Shown in pieces: positions 9,431 to 19,024 of a stretch of DNA of 64,000 bases. Origin of the DNA: Gemmatimonadaceae bacterium (GTDB lineage Bacteria > Gemmatimonadota > Gemmatimonadetes > Gemmatimonadales > Gemmatimonadaceae); contig JBBDYC010000017.1 in the NCBI GenBank assembly GCA_040901985.1, forward strand, positions 138,130-202,129, written 5' to 3'. Within the stretch, counting starts at the first letter, position 1; each line of letters begins with the position of its first letter. The notes under the pieces are model-generated. The model was not told the origin of the DNA and made no database searches. It worked only from the letters and a program-made list of their open reading frames with translations. The translations under genes and the position numbers were made by a program.

Positions 9431-12079
9431 CTACGGCGGCGTCAGGCCGGCAGAGAGCAGGTTCACGACGAGACGCGCCGCGCCCGGCACACCGGCCGGC
9501 AACTGCCGGAAGAGTGAGAGCGTGGTGTACACGTAGCGCCCCTGCCCGAGCGTCGCCTCGAGGATCGCGCCGCGATTCTCCGGCTCGTCGGGGTCGTTCA
9601 TCCCGAGCGGCGTACGGTAGCGCCCGTCAATCTCGCCCGGCATATAAAGCGCGCGCTCCTGCACCCAGTCGGCCCAATCGTCGTCGGCGATCCGGTTCGG
9701 CCAGCGCAGCAGCCGCGACTGCGGATCGAGCACACGCACCGGCGCGTCCTCGAGCGTCACCCGCGCGGCCGGGCGCCGCAGACCAACCGGAAAGGGCATC
9801 ATCCCCGGCTGCGCCATCTCGAACTGCCCGTACTGCACCAGCAGCGTGCCGCCCGAGCGCACCCACTCGAAGAGCCGCGGATTCGCCGCGCGCAGGTCCG
9901 CGCTCGCCTCGTACGCCCGCGGCCCGATGACGACCGTCGTGTACTGCGAGAGGTCGAGGAGCGGGACCTGCTCGGGACTGAGCAGCGTCACCGGGATGTC
10001 GAGCTGGCGGAGGGCGGCCGCCATTGCATCCGAGACCCCGGTCACGTACGCCACGCGCAGGGCGCGCGGCACCGTCACCGGTACCGCCTGGAGATACATC
10101 GCCGACTGGCGGTAGAGGCGCAGGGGGCGGATGTGCGGATATTCGATCGCCGTGAAGCCCTCCACATACGTCACGCCGTCGGAGACGGCGCCGATGCCGA
10201 ACTCGTGGCGTCCGGCGCCCAGCTGCCCGGCCAGCGAAACGTAAATCTCCCGCGCCGCGCCGGCCGCGAGGACGAGCGAATCGGGAACGCCGGTGGCGCG
10301 GACGCCCGCGGGCAGCAACAGGCGAAAGCGGAGCGTGCGTGGCTGCGTCGTGTGCGATTGCAAGGTCACACGGAGCCGTCGGTCGAGCGGCTGGCCGGCG
10401 CGTACGTACTCGAGGCCGCGATCGAGCGCGATCGTGATCTGCGGCACGCCGCCGACCGGTCGGTTCTGCTCACCGAGCACGGGATCGGCGAAGCGCCGGA
10501 TCACGCTCCCGCCCTCGGCGACAAACGCAACCCCCGCCACCTCGATCCGGGCGCGCACCGTCGAGACGCGTCGCGCGTCCTCGGCCAGCGACACGCTCGG
10601 CACCAGCTCCGTGGAGACGCCGTACGACACTCGCGACTCGGCGTCGGCCGGTGACCGCGAGTCGGGGAACATCCCACCGCCGGCGCGGCCGCCGATCCAC
10701 CACGGTCGCAGGTCCACGAGCCCAACCACCCAGGCCTGGAGCACCGTGTCGGCGCCGGCGGGGATGATCACCGGCTGCGCCGGCTCCCGCGGAGGCGACC
10801 CCGTCAGGCGAAGCTCGTGGAGTGTCACCGGATGCGCACCGCGGTTGTAGATGTGGACGCGCACGTTCAGGGAGTCGCCGAATGCGACGAGTTCCTGTTG
10901 CGCCACCGCCTCGATGAGCACGCCGGCCGCCTGCGCGAGCGCGGCGCGGGCGCGACCGTGGAGCCGCTCGACCACCGCGTCGAGCGCAATCTCCTCGGCG
11001 TCGCAGGTCGGCGGCGGCCTGTTGATGCTCTGATACGTCGTGATCGGCACCAACTCGCAGCGCATCACCGCGGCCCGGGCTTCCTCCGTGAGCGCCACCA
11101 CGCGGGCGAGTCCCGGCACAAGCGCCGATGGCCGCCGCAGGTCTGCCGTGCGGCGGAGCGAATCCACCACCGGCGCCACTGCCGCGAGCATCGCGGCGCG
11201 CCCACCGGTGAGCGTGGTGAGTCGCGCAAAGCTCGTGTCAATCCCGTCGAAGAGCGACCGCTCCTCGGTCGCCGGTGTGGACTCGTTCACCAACGAGAGT
11301 TCGCGCGTCAACCGCGTCTGGGCGGCACCGCGCCGCTGCAGCACGCCGAAGCCCTGCGAGCGATGCTGCGACCGGCTCTCGCCGGCGATCTCCGCCGGGC
11401 TCCGTCCGAGCACCGCGTCGTACGTCCCGACTTCCATCGTCAGCGTCGCCGGCCGGTTCCGGCTCCAGGCACCGCGGTAGAACTTCGACGGCCCCCACGG
11501 CCGGCCGTGGGTGCTCACCGGAAAACGCACGGTGTCCATCGCCGCTTCGAAGCCGGCGCGCGCAACGATTCCCGCCGCCTGGTGATGACCGTGCCCGTCC
11601 GCCGGCGTGCCGGAGAACACCGAGACGACCACCTGCGGCCGGAAGGCGCGGATCACCCGCACGACGTCGCCAGTGAGCTGCTCGCGGTCCCAGTGTCGGA
11701 AGGTCTCCTCGGCCGACTTGGAGAATCCGAAGTCGTAGGCGCGGGTGAAGAACTGGTGCGCGCCATCCACCCGCCGCGCCGCCAGCAGTTCCTCGGTGCG
11801 AATCGCGCCGAGCGCCTCGCCGAGTTCGTTGCCGATCAGGTTCTGCCCGCCATCGCCGCGGGTGAGCGAGAGATAGGCGGCGTGTACCTGATGCCCGCGC
11901 ACCAGTTCGGCGAGCAGTTGGGTGTCCTCGTCGTCCGGATGGGCGCCGACCATCAGGACGCGGCTGGTGACCGTCAGGCCGCGGAGGAGTTGGTCCAGCG
12001 CCGGTGCGCCACGTTCCTGCCCGGGGGCAAGGCGCGGCGCGAGGACCAACAGCAGGAGGGCGAACGCGCGGACGCTCAC
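9431..12079 (-). CDS. Secreted PIG-L/LmbE family deacetylase with Ig-like and glutamine-amidotransferase-like C-terminal domains
   Basis: Signal peptide; AHPDDED, TRGDGGQN, RTEELLAARR, DFGFSK, HGHHQ; GTG at 12079 overlaps the sucA stop. Confidence 0.9.
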   Translation of the reverse strand: MSVRAFALLLLVLAPRLAPGQERGAPALDQLLRGLTVTSRVLMVGAHPDDEDTQLLAELVRGHQVHAAYLSLTRGDGGQNLIGNELGEALGAIRTEELLAARRVDGAHQFFTRAYDFGFSKSAEETFRHWDREQLTGDVVRVIRAFRPQVVVSVFSGTPADGHGHHQAAGIVARAGFEAAMDTVRFPVSTHGRPWGPSKFYRGAWSRNRPATLTMEVGTYDAVLGRSPAEIAGESRSQHRSQGFGVLQRRGAAQTRLTRELSLVNESTPATEERSLFDGIDTSFARLTTLTGGRAAMLAAVAPVVDSLRRTADLRRPSALVPGLARVVALTEEARAAVMRCELVPITTYQSINRPPPTCDAEEIALDAVVERLHGRARAALAQAAGVLIEAVAQQELVAFGDSLNVRVHIYNRGAHPVTLHELRLTGSPPREPAQPVIIPAGADTVLQAWVVGLVDLRPWWIGGRAGGGMFPDSRSPADAESRVSYGVSTELVPSVSLAEDARRVSTVRARIEVAGVAFVAEGGSVIRRFADPVLGEQNRPVGGVPQITIALDRGLEYVRAGQPLDRRLRVTLQSHTTQPRTLRFRLLLPAGVRATGVPDSLVLAAGAAREIYVSLAGQLGAGRHEFGIGAVSDGVTYVEGFTAIEYPHIRPLRLYRQSAMYLQAVPVTVPRALRVAYVTGVSDAMAAALRQLDIPVTLLSPEQVPLLDLSQYTTVVIGPRAYEASADLRAANPRLFEWVRSGGTLLVQYGQFEMAQPGMMPFPVGLRRPAARVTLEDAPVRVLDPQSRLLRWPNRIADDDWADWVQERALYMPGEIDGRYRTPLGMNDPDEPENRGAILEATLGQGRYVYTTLSLFRQLPAGVPGAARLVVNLLSAGLTPP

Positions 12080-14901
12080 CGCGGCGGCGACGCCATTGCT
12101 GAGGCACGCCGCGCGCCCGTCTGCCGCACCGGGCCCTGCAGCGCCTCGGCGACGATGCGCGCCTGTTCCTCGCCGTGCGCGTCGGCAAACCCCTCGGCGG
12201 GACTCGCGCGCTCGGGCCGGCCGTAGTAGCGGATGACGAGCGCGTTCCCGGTCGAGACGCGTAGCCGCGGCGCGACGAAGCTCCAGGCACCCATATTCTT
12301 CGGCTCCTCCTGCACCCACGCCACCTCGTCAATCTGCGGATAGAGGTCAACGATCCGCTCAAGTTCCTCGTGCGGCCACGGATACAGCTCCTCGACGCGC
12401 ACCACGGCGACGCTCTCGGGGACGCCCGGCGCGATGAGGTCGTAGTAGACCTTGCCGGTGCAGAAGATCAGGCGCTTCACCTTGTCGCGCTTTTCCGCGC
12501 CCGCCGGATCGTCAATCGCCGGACGGAACGTGCCCTGCGAGAGCTCGGCCACCGCCGACGCCGCCTGCGCGAGCCGGAGCAGCGACTTGGGCTGCATCAA
12601 CACGAGCGGCCGCCGCCGCTTCAACCGTGCCTGCCGCCGCAGGATGTGAAAGTACTGGGCCGGCGAGCTGGGATACGCCACCCGCAGGTTCCCCTCCGCG
12701 CAGAGCTGGAGGAAGCGTTCGAGTCGGGCGCTCGAATGTTCCGGCCCCTGCCCCTCGTAGCCGTGCGGCAGGAGCAACACGAGCCCCGAGTCCTGCGCCC
12801 ATTTCGCGCGGTCGGACGCGATGAACTGGTCAATGATTGGCTGCGCGACATTCCCGAAATCACCGAACTGCGCTTCCCAGAGCGTCAGCGTGTCCGGTGT
12901 TGCCACGCTGAACCCGTACTCGAAGCCAAGCACGGCCATCTCCGAAAGCGGTGAGTTGAAGATCTCGAACCGGCCAACGGCGCCCGGGAGATGGGCGAGC
13001 GGCACGTGCGTCCGGGCGTCCTTCACGTCGTGGAGCACAGCGTGGCGGTGCGAGAAGGTCCCGCGCTCCACGTCCTGCCCGGAGATCCGGATGGGCGTCC
13101 CCTCGGCGACGATTGACGCGAACGCGAGCTGCTCGGCGTGCCCCCAGTCAATCGCCGGTTCGGCGCCGAGCGCATCGCGGCGGCGCTCGAGCTGCTTGGC
13201 CAGCCGCGGATGCGGCGTGAAGTCGCTCGGGTAGGTCAGCAACGCGGTGTTCCACGCCGCGAGCCGGTCGGCGGGGACCGCCGTCGCCGCCGTGGACGAG
13301 GCTGGCTCGGCCGACGCCGCGGCTGGTGCCGCGGCTATAGTTGCGGCTGCAGTCGCCGCGTGCGGCTCGTCCGGCGCCGCCTTCGAACGCTCGTACGCCG
13401 CCTGGTACCCGGCGGCCACTTCCTTCTCGAGCGCCTCGACCTGCTCGGCAGTGACCACGCCGGCCTTCACGAGCCGCGCACCCCACACCTGGCGCGCCGT
13501 CGGGTGGGCCTTCACCCGCTCATAGAGGCGCGGTTGCGTGTAGGTCGGCTCGTCGCCCTCGTTGTGGCCCCATCGCCGGTAGCCGACGAGGTCCACCAGG
13601 AAGTCCTTGCCGAACGCCGTGCGGTATGCCACCGCGATCCGCATCGCGATGACGCACCCCTCGGCGTCATCGGCGTTGACGTGGATGATGGGTGTCTCGA
13701 ATCCCTTTGCCACGTCGCTCGCGTAGCGCGTCGAACGCGCGTCGGTGGGGTCGGTGGTGAAGCCAATCTGGTTGTTGGTGATGACGTGGAGCGTGCCGCC
13801 GACGCGGTAGCCGCGGAGACGCGAGAGGTTGAACGTCTCGGCAACGACCCCCTCACCGGGGAACGCCGCATCGCCGTGGATGCAGATCGGGACGACCGCC
13901 TTCTCGTCGCGGACCGACGCGTCCGACGCGTTCCGCTGGCGGGCCCGCACGTTGCCCTGCAGCACCGGGTTCACCATCTCGAGGTGGCTCGGGTTCGGCA
14001 TCAGCGAGACGCGCACTTCCCCGCTCGGCGTCGCGTGCGTGCCTTCGAAGCCGAGGTGGTACTTCACGTCACCGGTCGACGCCTCCGCGAGATGCCCGTG
14101 CCGCCCCTGGAACTCGCCGAGGATCGTCTCGATCGGCTTGTCGAGCACGTGTGCGAGGACGCTGATCCGCCCGCGGTGCGCCATCGAGATCGCGATTGCC
14201 CTGGCGCCCGCGGCGGCGGCCGCGTCAATCGCCGTGTCGAGCATCGGCACGAGTGCGTCGAGTCCCTCGATCGAGAAGCGCTTGTAGCCGACGAACGTCC
14301 GGCCGAGGAAGCGCTCGAACCCGTCCACCTCGGTCAGTCGCCGCAACACCGCGCGGTTCTCGTCCGCGGTGAGGGGGCGCGTCAGCTGCTCCTCGGTGAA
14401 GAGCCGGCGGAACCACATCCGCTCCTCGTCGCTCCCGATGTGTCCCATCTCGACCGCGAGGTTGGTGCAATAGCGCTTGCGAAGGCGTTCGGCGACGTCG
14501 CGCGCCGTGGCGAGATGCGGAAAGCCGATTGACGCGCCGCTGACCGTCGCCAGGTCGGCGTCGGTGATCCGATGAAACTCCTGCGTCAGCTCACGCGCGC
14601 CCGGCGGTGGCGATCCGAGCGGGTCGAGCGGCACCGAGAGGTGGCCGTACGCCCGGATGGCCGAGGTATAGCGGGCAGCGTTGGCGACGACGCGCGCGTA
14701 CTCCGCGCTTCCGGCGCCGCCGGCCGTGGCAGGCGCGGCCGGGTCGGCGGAGGCGGCCGGGTCGCGCCCCATCACCTGCTCGGCGAATCGGAAGAACTGG
14801 CGCCACGACTCCTCTACCGAAGCGGGATTCCGACGATAGGCCTCGAACTGTTCCGCGGCATAGGCGTCGTTGAAGACGCTCGCGATCGGCTCCTGGGGCA
14901 T
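12076..14901 (-). CDS. sucA: 2-oxoglutarate dehydrogenase E1 component
   Basis: KRFSIEG, MAHRGR, GDVKYHLG, NPSHLE, HGDAAFPGEG, WEAQFGDF, LPHGYEGQGPEHSSAR, QEEPKNMG. Confidence 0.97.
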   Translation of the reverse strand: MPQEPIASVFNDAYAAEQFEAYRRNPASVEESWRQFFRFAEQVMGRDPAASADPAAPATAGGAGSAEYARVVANAARYTSAIRAYGHLSVPLDPLGSPPPGARELTQEFHRITDADLATVSGASIGFPHLATARDVAERLRKRYCTNLAVEMGHIGSDEERMWFRRLFTEEQLTRPLTADENRAVLRRLTEVDGFERFLGRTFVGYKRFSIEGLDALVPMLDTAIDAAAAAGARAIAISMAHRGRISVLAHVLDKPIETILGEFQGRHGHLAEASTGDVKYHLGFEGTHATPSGEVRVSLMPNPSHLEMVNPVLQGNVRARQRNASDASVRDEKAVVPICIHGDAAFPGEGVVAETFNLSRLRGYRVGGTLHVITNNQIGFTTDPTDARSTRYASDVAKGFETPIIHVNADDAEGCVIAMRIAVAYRTAFGKDFLVDLVGYRRWGHNEGDEPTYTQPRLYERVKAHPTARQVWGARLVKAGVVTAEQVEALEKEVAAGYQAAYERSKAAPDEPHAATAAATIAAAPAAASAEPASSTAATAVPADRLAAWNTALLTYPSDFTPHPRLAKQLERRRDALGAEPAIDWGHAEQLAFASIVAEGTPIRISGQDVERGTFSHRHAVLHDVKDARTHVPLAHLPGAVGRFEIFNSPLSEMAVLGFEYGFSVATPDTLTLWEAQFGDFGNVAQPIIDQFIASDRAKWAQDSGLVLLLPHGYEGQGPEHSSARLERFLQLCAEGNLRVAYPSSPAQYFHILRRQARLKRRRPLVLMQPKSLLRLAQAASAVAELSQGTFRPAIDDPAGAEKRDKVKRLIFCTGKVYYDLIAPGVPESVAVVRVEELYPWPHEELERIVDLYPQIDEVAWVQEEPKNMGAWSFVAPRLRVSTGNALVIRYYGRPERASPAEGFADAHGEEQARIVAEALQGPVRQTGARRASAMASPPR

Positions 14902-14957
14902 ATCGGAAATCTAATCGAGCGCCCTCTGCCAGCGGCCGTCCGCCGCGCGGCGCGCCG

Positions 14958-16985
14958 TCAGCCGATGCCCGCCAGCCGGTCGTGGACGGCGAGGGCGTTG
15001 GCCGGCCGGGCGGCCGGCTCCTTCGCGAGCATCTCGACGATCAGCGCGTCGAGCGCCGGCGGCACATCCGGGTTGAGCGTGCGCGGCGGCACGGGAACGT
15101 CCTCCAGCAGTCGGGCAATCAGCTGGTACGGCGTCTCCGCGGTGATCGGCGGCTTGCCGGTCACGCATTCGTAGAGCACGCAGCCGGCCGAGTAGATGTC
15201 GGCGCGCGCATCGAGTTCCTTCCCCATCACCTGTTCGGGCGACATGTACTCCGGCGTCCCGACGATCATCCCCGCCTGCGTGACGCCGGACTGTTCGGGG
15301 CGCGTCGCCAGCCGCGCGATGCCGAAGTCCATCACCTTCAGCACACCGTTTGGCTCGACGACCATGTTGTGCGGCTTGATGTCGCGGTGGATCACCCCCT
15401 GCTCGTGGGCGATCTCCAGCGCACGGGCGAGCTGCTTGCCGACCGAGAGGGCGACCGCCACCGGCACCTTCCCCCGCAGCTTGATCAGGTCCCGCAGCGA
15501 GCGCCCTTCGACGTACTCCATCGTGATGTAGTAGATGCCCCCGCTCTCGCCGAGGTCGTGCGTCCGCACGACGTTCCGGTGCGAGATTCGCCGGGCCAGC
15601 CGGATCTCACTCTTGAAGCGTTCGAGCGCCGTCGGATCCTGGTCGAGGAAGTCGCCCTTCAGCGTCTTGATCGCGATGACCTCGCCGAGTTCGGTGTCCA
15701 CCGCCTTGAACACGGTGCCCATTCCGCCCTCGCCCAGGATCTCCTTCACCTCGTAGCGGCCGGCGAACCGACTCCCCGGCACCAGGCCCTCGGCGGCGAT
15801 CCGCTGTTGGCTCGTCCCCGTCATTGCCGGAAGTTGGACCGTCTTCGCCTGCTCGGCGCCGCTGAGGAACTCCACCAGCTGCTGTTTCTCGCGCAGGTCG
15901 GCGAGCAGCTGGCGGAAGGCGGAGGCCAGCGCGCCGATCTCGTCCCGTGACGTGGCGGTGATCTCGGCCGCGTAGTCGCCGTCCGACGCACGGCGCGCGG
16001 CGGCGGCAAGCTTGGCCACCGGGCGCGTCACCCAGCGCGCGACGAGGAGCGAGAAGAGGGCGGCGAAGACGATTCCCAGCCCGCCGCTGAGGAAGATGGT
16101 CCGCTGCAACTGGTTGAAGGCGGCGAACTCGGCCGCCCGATTGCGCAGCAGGACGAAGCCGCCCAGCGGGAAGCCTCCCGCCGACCGGAGGATTCCTCCG
16201 GCCGCGACGTTCCGCTGGCCGGCGAGCTCGATCTCGATCAACGAATCGGTCGCCATCGAGGACAGCGCGGCGTGGAGCGGTTCGAGCGCCGCGTCGAGTT
16301 CCGGTCCACTTGGCACCGTCGAACCCGAGACAAGCGGCGCGTCGTGCTCATCGAGGAGGTAGAACAGTACGTCAATCTCGGTCGCCGCCTGCTGCCTGAT
16401 GATTCCGGCGAACGCCGCGTCCACGTTGCGCGCCGCCATCAGCGCGCCATAGACCCGACTGTCGTCGGCGATCGGAACGACGGCCACCTGCACGAGCATC
16501 GTGTCGCCGCTGACGCCGAACCCGGTGACCAGCGAGCCCTCGAGCGCATTGCCGAACGCCGGCGAGTGCGCGAGCGTGTCCGCCTCCGCCTGCGGTTCGT
16601 CGCTCTTCGCGAGGCGAATCCCCTCGGCGTCAACGATCTGCACCCAGTCGGCGCCGATCTGCTCGGTCGCCACGACCGACTGGTCGAGGACGTCGCTGAA
16701 CCGCCGCTGGCGGACAACGTCGCGGAAGTTCGGGTTGCTGGCGAAGACGTCGGCCGAGTTGAGCAGGCCCTCGACCCGCCCGCTGAGCTGCGCGTTCAGC
16801 GCCTCGCGCGCCGAGCCAAGCACGCGGTGCACCGACGCGTCCGCCGCCGCCGTCGCCGAGCGCGCTGTGACCGCCAGCGTCACGCCGAGAATCACCACGA
16901 CGACCACCGCCGTGCCGACGAAGACCTTGAGTGTGAGACTGAGGCCGCGCGAACTCACGTGGGTGGGGTCAGAATGACGGGGCAC
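14958..16985 (-). CDS. Membrane Ser/Thr protein kinase with extracytoplasmic Cache-like sensor and HAMP domain
   Basis: TM1, about 250 aa sensor, TM2, HAMP (TRPVAKLAAAA...RDEIGALASAF), then Hanks kinase GEGGMG, AIK, HRDIKPHN, DFG, GTPEYMSPEQ. Confidence 0.9.
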   Translation of the reverse strand: MPRHSDPTHVSSRGLSLTLKVFVGTAVVVVVILGVTLAVTARSATAAADASVHRVLGSAREALNAQLSGRVEGLLNSADVFASNPNFRDVVRQRRFSDVLDQSVVATEQIGADWVQIVDAEGIRLAKSDEPQAEADTLAHSPAFGNALEGSLVTGFGVSGDTMLVQVAVVPIADDSRVYGALMAARNVDAAFAGIIRQQAATEIDVLFYLLDEHDAPLVSGSTVPSGPELDAALEPLHAALSSMATDSLIEIELAGQRNVAAGGILRSAGGFPLGGFVLLRNRAAEFAAFNQLQRTIFLSGGLGIVFAALFSLLVARWVTRPVAKLAAAARRASDGDYAAEITATSRDEIGALASAFRQLLADLREKQQLVEFLSGAEQAKTVQLPAMTGTSQQRIAAEGLVPGSRFAGRYEVKEILGEGGMGTVFKAVDTELGEVIAIKTLKGDFLDQDPTALERFKSEIRLARRISHRNVVRTHDLGESGGIYYITMEYVEGRSLRDLIKLRGKVPVAVALSVGKQLARALEIAHEQGVIHRDIKPHNMVVEPNGVLKVMDFGIARLATRPEQSGVTQAGMIVGTPEYMSPEQVMGKELDARADIYSAGCVLYECVTGKPPITAETPYQLIARLLEDVPVPPRTLNPDVPPALDALIVEMLAKEPAARPANALAVHDRLAGIG

Positions 16986-17684
16986 TCAGTAGCGGTCGCG
17001 ACCGGTTCGGTCGTACTCGCGGCCGAACTTGTTCTTGTGTTGGGCAAACCGGAATCCGCGCGCGTCGAGTTGCGCGTCGGCGCCGCTCCGCCCGCCGGTG
17101 GCCACCACGAGCTCCTGCACCACTTCGCTCGCGCGTTCGTGCCATACGTGCAGCGCGTACGTCCCCGCCGGCACGTTCTCGATGGTCCAGCGGCCGTCAT
17201 TTCCCGCCTGCGTATACCAGGGCGTCGGCGCCACCACGACGTATGCCGTCATCCGTGGATGGATGTTGCAGTACACGGGGTACGCCCCGCCGCGCCGGAA
17301 CAGCGTCTCCTCGGACCGCCCCGACGGATAGAGCCCGAGGTCGAACACCGCGCCCGGCGTGGTCGAGAAGATGTTGTGGCTGAACGGGTCCTGGTTCGGG
17401 AACTCCACGCGGCTCCCCGGCGTGACCACGATCACGCGCGGCACGAAGGCGCGGCCGTTCATCGCGATGGCCGCGCGGCCCGCGCGCGTGCGCGGACTCG
17501 CGCTATCGGTCCGTACAAGGTAAATAATGGTGGTGCCGAGGTCGGTGGTCTGTTCGCCCGGCCGCTCCTGGAGCGTCACACGACCGGCCACGGCGCCCTG
17601 CGCCAACGCCGGCGCCGGCGCCCAGAGCGCGGCAATCGCGACAGTGCCGAAGATCAGAACTCGGTGGCTGCGGTCCATCGTCAA
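16986..17684 (-). CDS. Exported cupredoxin-like / carboxypeptidase-regulatory-like domain protein
   Basis: Signal peptide; FVPRV, FPNQDPFSHNIFS, VYCNIHPRM (His...Cys-x2-His-x2-Met), then beta-sandwich NVPAGTYALHVWHE. Confidence 0.8.
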   Translation of the reverse strand: MTMDRSHRVLIFGTVAIAALWAPAPALAQGAVAGRVTLQERPGEQTTDLGTTIIYLVRTDSASPRTRAGRAAIAMNGRAFVPRVIVVTPGSRVEFPNQDPFSHNIFSTTPGAVFDLGLYPSGRSEETLFRRGGAYPVYCNIHPRMTAYVVVAPTPWYTQAGNDGRWTIENVPAGTYALHVWHERASEVVQELVVATGGRSGADAQLDARGFRFAQHKNKFGREYDRTGRDRY

Positions 17685-17737
17685 CGCTCCCCCTCGTTTG
17701 CGGCGTATCCGGCGCCGACCTTCCTCAGGATACCCTT

Positions 17738-19024
17738 ATGCCGAATGTTTCGCAAAAACCGCATCGCCGACTCATCGCCGCACTCTTCCTCGGGGTGATC
17801 GCCGTTGCGCCGGCCGGCGCCCAGACGCCGACCCGCAACGAGGTGGATTCGCTGACGATGCGCCTTGAGGACGCCGAGGCGATGATCCAGATGCTGCGCA
17901 CGCAGCTCGGCACGGAGGCCGCCAGCACGGTCCGCAGCCGCTCGCGGATGACCGTCGAGCTCTCCGGCCGCGTCCTGATGAACGTCTTCCAGAACTCCAA
18001 GGAGACGAACAACGCCGATGTGCCGATGTACCGGAAGCAGGTCCCCGACGGCAGCCCTAAGGGCGGGATGGGCATGGCAATCCGCCAGACGACGCTCGGC
18101 CTCGCCGTCTCGGCGCCTGACGTCCTCGGTGGGCACTTTCTGGGCGACCTCGACGCGGATTTCTTCGGCGGCCAGTTCCTGAGCCCCGGCGGCCGCACGC
18201 ACCCGGTGCTCCGGATCCGCACCGCCCGCGCGATCGTTGAGTGGCAGCAGTCCCAGCTGTTGATCGGGCAGGAGCAGCCGCTGATCGCCGGGTTGAATCC
18301 GGTCAGTCTCTCGGCCGTCGGCGTACCGCTCTTCTCCTACTCGGGAAACCTCTGGCTCTGGTTGCCGCAGATCCGCGCCGGCTGGCACACGGAGGGCCGG
18401 ATGCGCGTCGGCGTCCAGGCGGCGGCGTTGGCGCCGACCACCGGCGACACCGTCGGCGAGTTCAACACCTTGGTGGATCAGGCCGAGCGCTCGGGGATGC
18501 CGTTCCTGCAGGCGAGAGCGCATCTCTCGTGGGGCAGCGACGAAAATGCGGGAGAGTTCGGCATCGGCTATCACACCGGCCAGATACACGACGTCAACGA
18601 GGACGCGCACCCGAGCACGGCAATCGCCGCCGACTTTCTCGTGCCGTTCGCCTCGCGGTTCGAGCTGCGCGGCGAGTTCTACAGCGGCCAGCTCCTCAAG
18701 GGCCTGGGCGGCGGCGCCATCGGACAGAACTTCGGTGTCGGTGGCACGACGCCCGTCCGTGCCATCGGCGGCTGGGCGCAGGTCAATGTCCGGTTGACGC
18801 CCCGGCTCCTCGTCGGCGCTGGGTACGGCCTCGACGACCCGAATGACGATGACCTCGACCCCACCGGCACCCGGTTCCTGAACACGACCACCGAGGCGCA
18901 CCTGCATTGGCGGCCGGCCGGCCCGCTGGTCTTCGGGCTCGAGTACCGCACGATCCGCACGCGCTACGACGCCAGCGACTACCCCAACACGCACATCAAC
19001 CTGGCGTTCGGCTTCGAGTTCTAG
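17738..19024 (+). CDS. Putative outer-membrane beta-barrel porin with N-terminal coiled coil
   Basis: Signal peptide, short coiled coil, amphipathic beta strands (DLDADFFGG, LRIRTARA, LLIGQE), C-terminal LAFGFEF with terminal Phe. Confidence 0.75.
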   Translation: MPNVSQKPHRRLIAALFLGVIAVAPAGAQTPTRNEVDSLTMRLEDAEAMIQMLRTQLGTEAASTVRSRSRMTVELSGRVLMNVFQNSKETNNADVPMYRKQVPDGSPKGGMGMAIRQTTLGLAVSAPDVLGGHFLGDLDADFFGGQFLSPGGRTHPVLRIRTARAIVEWQQSQLLIGQEQPLIAGLNPVSLSAVGVPLFSYSGNLWLWLPQIRAGWHTEGRMRVGVQAAALAPTTGDTVGEFNTLVDQAERSGMPFLQARAHLSWGSDENAGEFGIGYHTGQIHDVNEDAHPSTAIAADFLVPFASRFELRGEFYSGQLLKGLGGGAIGQNFGVGGTTPVRAIGGWAQVNVRLTPRLLVGAGYGLDDPNDDDLDPTGTRFLNTTTEAHLHWRPAGPLVFGLEYRTIRTRYDASDYPNTHINLAFGFEF

